In this document: positions 60,340-64,000 of the stretch, one piece after another
Layout of the letters: the number at the start of each line of letters is the position of its first letter
Numbering within the stretch: position 1 is the stretch's first letter
From: Lama guanicoe
Lineage: Eukaryota
NCBI GenBank assembly: GCA_013239625.1
Contig: MU053873.1
Coordinates: 2,432,524 to 2,496,523, forward strand
DNA length: 64,000 bases
Reading direction: 5' to 3'
Made by a program: the position numbers and the translations under genes
The notes under the pieces: model-generated
Databases searched by the model: none
What the model was told of the DNA's origin: nothing
Seen by the model: only the letters and a program-made list of their open reading frames with translations

Positions 60340-61400
60340 ACCACTTAATGCCCTGACGCCATGCATTCCACATGCCAAGCCTGTGCAAACACACTGCTCT
60401 CACTCGGACACAATTTTGTTAAAAGAGCAATTAGCAACCTTTTAAGCCTGATTGCCAACTCCTCCATTAATCACTTGCAATTATAAACCCCAAATCTTCA
60501 AAACAATTGGTCCCAGGCGCCCACTAGAAAGAAAACGCTAATAACCTTCCTTCTCCATTTGGAAAGCTCTGCTCAGCTGGAGTCTCTGGGTCACAGAAGA
60601 GTGGTAGAGGCCAGGAATAGCTGAATAGCCTGACATGGGATAGCCACCCTAGAGAAGGGGGTAGAAAAGTCACCCTAGTGGGGCCAGAGGACACTCTGGG
60701 AGGCTGCCTCATCGTCCCCCTGCCTGCTTCTCCCCCATTACGACCGCCAGCCTGGGCCATATATCTCCCCGTGTTTTCACCAAGTCACTCTTAATTCCAC
60801 ATTATGAAGACACTCTCTCTAATTACTGCAGCTAATTAGCTTCCTCACAGCCACCCCAGTCGAGGTGCACAAGAGACAGAGCAGCCCGCAAGGCCTCAGA
60901 CGTGGCTGGCTGCCTCCAGCCACCGGACGCCACTTTGCTACCGCAATGACACCCCGTGAGCTGACCCCCATGTTTCAGGGGGAAAGGAGGAGGAGGGTGA
61001 GAGATGGCAGAGGCTGCTTGGTCAATCTGAACCCCCTCTCTCCGCCAGTCCCCTGCTGCGGGCAGCAGGCAATTCAGACCTGAGTGCAGCAGCTAATTAA
61101 ATCAATATGAGATAATGAACGGCAATTAGAGGTCCGGCTAGGCACATCTTCTCTTGTAAATACTGTTTCTCTCCCAACGGGGAGCTCTTTTTTAATAATC
61201 TGTTTGTGTTTCATTTCCAGGAGCCCTAATTCCCCCAAGAAGCACTTTGGGAAAGTGATTTGTTTGCCTGTATAATCGCCAAAGCATTCCGGTAGACTTG
61301 TTTGTTTTGCTGAGCGACTGCTACTACTGGAGAGAAACAATTTGCCTCTCTTATTTTTTTTTTATTTCTATCTCCTGCCTAAACATCCTGACATTGGACC
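60340..61400. promoter_or_regulatory. Candidate enhancer / conserved non-coding region
   Basis: Repeat-free ~1 kb; CCATTAATCA 60464-60473, CTAATTAC, GCTAATTAGC, AGCTAATTAAATCA 61091-61104, several TGTTTG. Confidence 0.55.
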
Positions 61401-61859
61401 AGGCCAGAAAAATGCATTTTAGAAGACTAATGAGTCTTTCTCCCCCTCCCTAGTTCCCATACCACCATTCTGAGGGATGAACAAAACGTGAAACCATAAA
61501 TGATCATGGAAGGATTGAAGGATGCCTGACGATTCCCATTCTACAGATGGGAGGACTGAGGCTGAGCATGGTCATCAATGACTGACAAGCTAGCCATTCT
61601 CCTCTCCCCCATTCAAATATCTTATAAATTTCATGTGGTGCCCAGGGAGAGGCTCAGGAGGGCATTTTAAGGACCCCTCTGCCCTCAAAGAGCTTGCAAA
61701 TGTATCTGGTGAGACAGGCTGAGGTACACATCAATTAGAAAGCAATTAAGTGCCTAATTGTGTGGCACCAACAAGCTCAAGGAGTTCAGGAGAGGAATAC
61801 ATCCTTTGGGGACTAGAAAGGAAAGAGAAGACACTGGAGCTATTTGCATCTTAACTCTC

Positions 61860-62403
61860 TTTAACCTCCTTCAAGACCTGTTGTCTGAGCTCTGGACTTT
61901 CGTATCTTCATTTGGCCTCCCCATGGCCCCACAAAGTCAAAAGGCCCCAAATGGAAAACATCACACCTATCCCCAGCCACGCCTGTTCCCATGCCTGTGC
62001 TCTCTGCTCAATACATGGCCCTCCACACACCCAGCTTCCCAGTCTACAGAACTTGATTCCTTTTCCCTTGGCATCTGCACCGAGTCAATAGACAGGACCA
62101 TGTAAACATCTCTCAATTTTATTTACTTCACTCCACCCCACTATTACTACCCCAGCCCAGCCACCAACCCCTGGCACTTGGGTTCTTACAACATTCATCC
62201 TACTGGCCTCCAAGTCTAGCCTCATTTCTTTCTAATGCACACACTGCAACCAGGGGCACTTCCTACAATGCAATCTGATCAAGTCATTTCTCCTGATTAA
62301 AACCCCTTTGTGCTTCCCTCAGGATAAAGGTCAAACACTTTAATGTTGACCTCTGATTGTTGCTTACATTTTTAGACTGGCCTTTTGACATCTACATTCT
62401 CCA

Positions 62404-62445
<42 letters not shown>

Positions 62446-62885
62446 CTCTCTCTCTCTCTCTCTCTCCATGCTTCAACCTGTGGCCTCATAAATACACATT
62501 GCACTTTATATACTCAGACCTCTGCAAGTGACCTTTTTGAGTTCTTTATCTACTCAGAACTCAAACTTCCCTCCAAATATCTGTGGTGGCCAACTCTTAT
62601 TCCTTTCTTAGGCAACATCTTAGTGTCTCCTCCAAAAAGCCTTTCTATCCTTCACCTCCCCATACTGGGCAGCACCTCTCCTCTGGGCTGTTGTAGCCAC
62701 TTATGCTGACACCAATCATGGTCATAGACCTTACCACATTTGTGATATTGTACTTGTCTGATCATTTTCCTCTCTGCCCCAATGGAATAAGAACTTTTGA
62801 GATCAAGAACATGTTAAGCTCTTCATCAGACTTTCCACTACTTAGTACACAAAAGGTGCTTAATAAATTCTCAATGAATGTGTGC
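61860..62885 (+). mobile_element. L2 LINE 3' portion
   Basis: cccagccacca...caatctgatcaagtcatttctcctg...ggtgcttaataaattctcaatgaatg. Confidence 0.75.
62406..62466. repeat. (CA)n(CT)n compound microsatellite
   Basis: Direct observation. Confidence 0.97.
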
Positions 62886-62894
62886 TGAATTTGA

Positions 62895-63060
62895 AAAGTT
62901 AGAAGTCCCCTTAAAATTCATCTAGTCCAACCCCATTATTTTCAGATAGCAAAACTGAGCCCTCAGAGAGGGGAAGAAGATTTTCCAGAGCCACCCAGCA
63001 AAAAGACAACAGAATCAGGGTAGATCTATGTCATCCTGACTGCTCATTCAGTGTCTAATC
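62895..63060 (-). mobile_element. MIR3 SINE
   Basis: catctagtccaacccc...cagatagcaaaactgagccctcagagagggg. Confidence 0.85.
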
Positions 63061-63864
63061 CATCTTATGTATTCGATTTTAATCAAATCCATATTTATTT
63101 GACTAAATATTTATTTAAGTATATATAAACAAGTAAATGTTATTTGACTAAATAAATACGGAGTGAACATGTACTTTGGGAAACTAGAGATGGCTAAGGT
63201 ATGCATTCCACCCTCAAGAAGTGCACAACACTGTAAAATGACTATAACTCAATAAAAAAAGTTTTAAAAAATCAAAAAAAATTTTTTAAAAGTACACAAT
63301 CCAGTTTGTAGGGGCAAATGTTTCAGCACTGCGGACAGCTCCCCCAGTGGCAACTTACTAGGGCTGATCCTTGCATAGTTTACTGGTTTGTGGTAAATGT
63401 GTAGTGAAAGGTTGCTCAGCTAATTTTAAAAGAAAAAGAAAGTAAGTAAAATATTTGTGGGATTTTCTCTCCGGAGGATTTAATTTTTCTCTTTGGTGGA
63501 GTGACATGTACAGAGGACTCAACCAGCCACAAAGCCACACCAACATCCTTAGAGCCCTGGTTCTTCCAGGGAGCTCCATCCAAGGAAAGAATTTCCTATC
63601 AAGTGCTTGGATTGGGCTTCCTCTGAGGCATCCCTGTCCTCCAGAAAGTCTGGAACATGAAACTATCTTTCAAGGAAAAGTGAGCCATCCACAATCTGTC
63701 TTCCTTGGGATCCACTCAATAACAGGCAGATGTGGAGAAAACAGCACCAGCTCTGTCCAGCCCCCCATGGGGGAAAGCAAAGTCCACAGGGAGACATCGA
63801 TTTAGCCTGCATTGGGAATCGGGGAAATCCTAAATCATAACTATGACATTGTTAGTATCTACTA

Positions 63865-64000
63865 CTGGCATTTTCTACATTTCAAGCACACTTACAAACA
63901 TAATCTCATTTAGTTTGCTCAATTACTCTGTGATTAAGGTACTATTAACCCCATTTTGTAGATGAGTAATCTAAGGCTCAGGGAAGGGAATTAACAGGAC
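63865..64000 (-). mobile_element. MIR SINE (truncated by window end)
   Basis: ccccattttgtagatgagtaatctaaggctcag. Confidence 0.85.

Overview
Mammalian non-coding DNA, either a gene desert or a very large intron. It is most likely from a camelid: the only lineage-specific SINE I recognised is a Vic-1-type tRNA-derived SINE at ~31.46 kb, and I saw no Alu, B1/B2, Bov-tA, PRE-1 or Can-SINE. I found no credible protein-coding exon, RNA gene or CRISPR array. The ORF track is explained by chance, microsatellites and decayed L1 ORF2 or hAT transposase remnants. Much of the window is ancient eutherian repeats: MIR, L2, L1MA-ME 3' ends, MLT1/MLT2/LTR16 solo LTRs, and MER3/5/20/20B/58/103 hAT elements. 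Between them lie about a dozen repeat-free islands rich in homeodomain, PBX-HOX, MEIS, PAX and POU motifs. These look like distal developmental enhancers; this is inference, since conservation was not tested. The most unusual signals are a homotypic cluster of seven TGCCAGC motifs at 3.67-3.91 kb, a triple PAX6-like site island at 22.7-22.9 kb, and a recurrent AGCYAATTAA/PBX-HOX-MEIS grammar shared across islands. I cannot support a new gene-encoded system. Repeat subfamily names come from recalled consensus sequences and boundaries are approximate.
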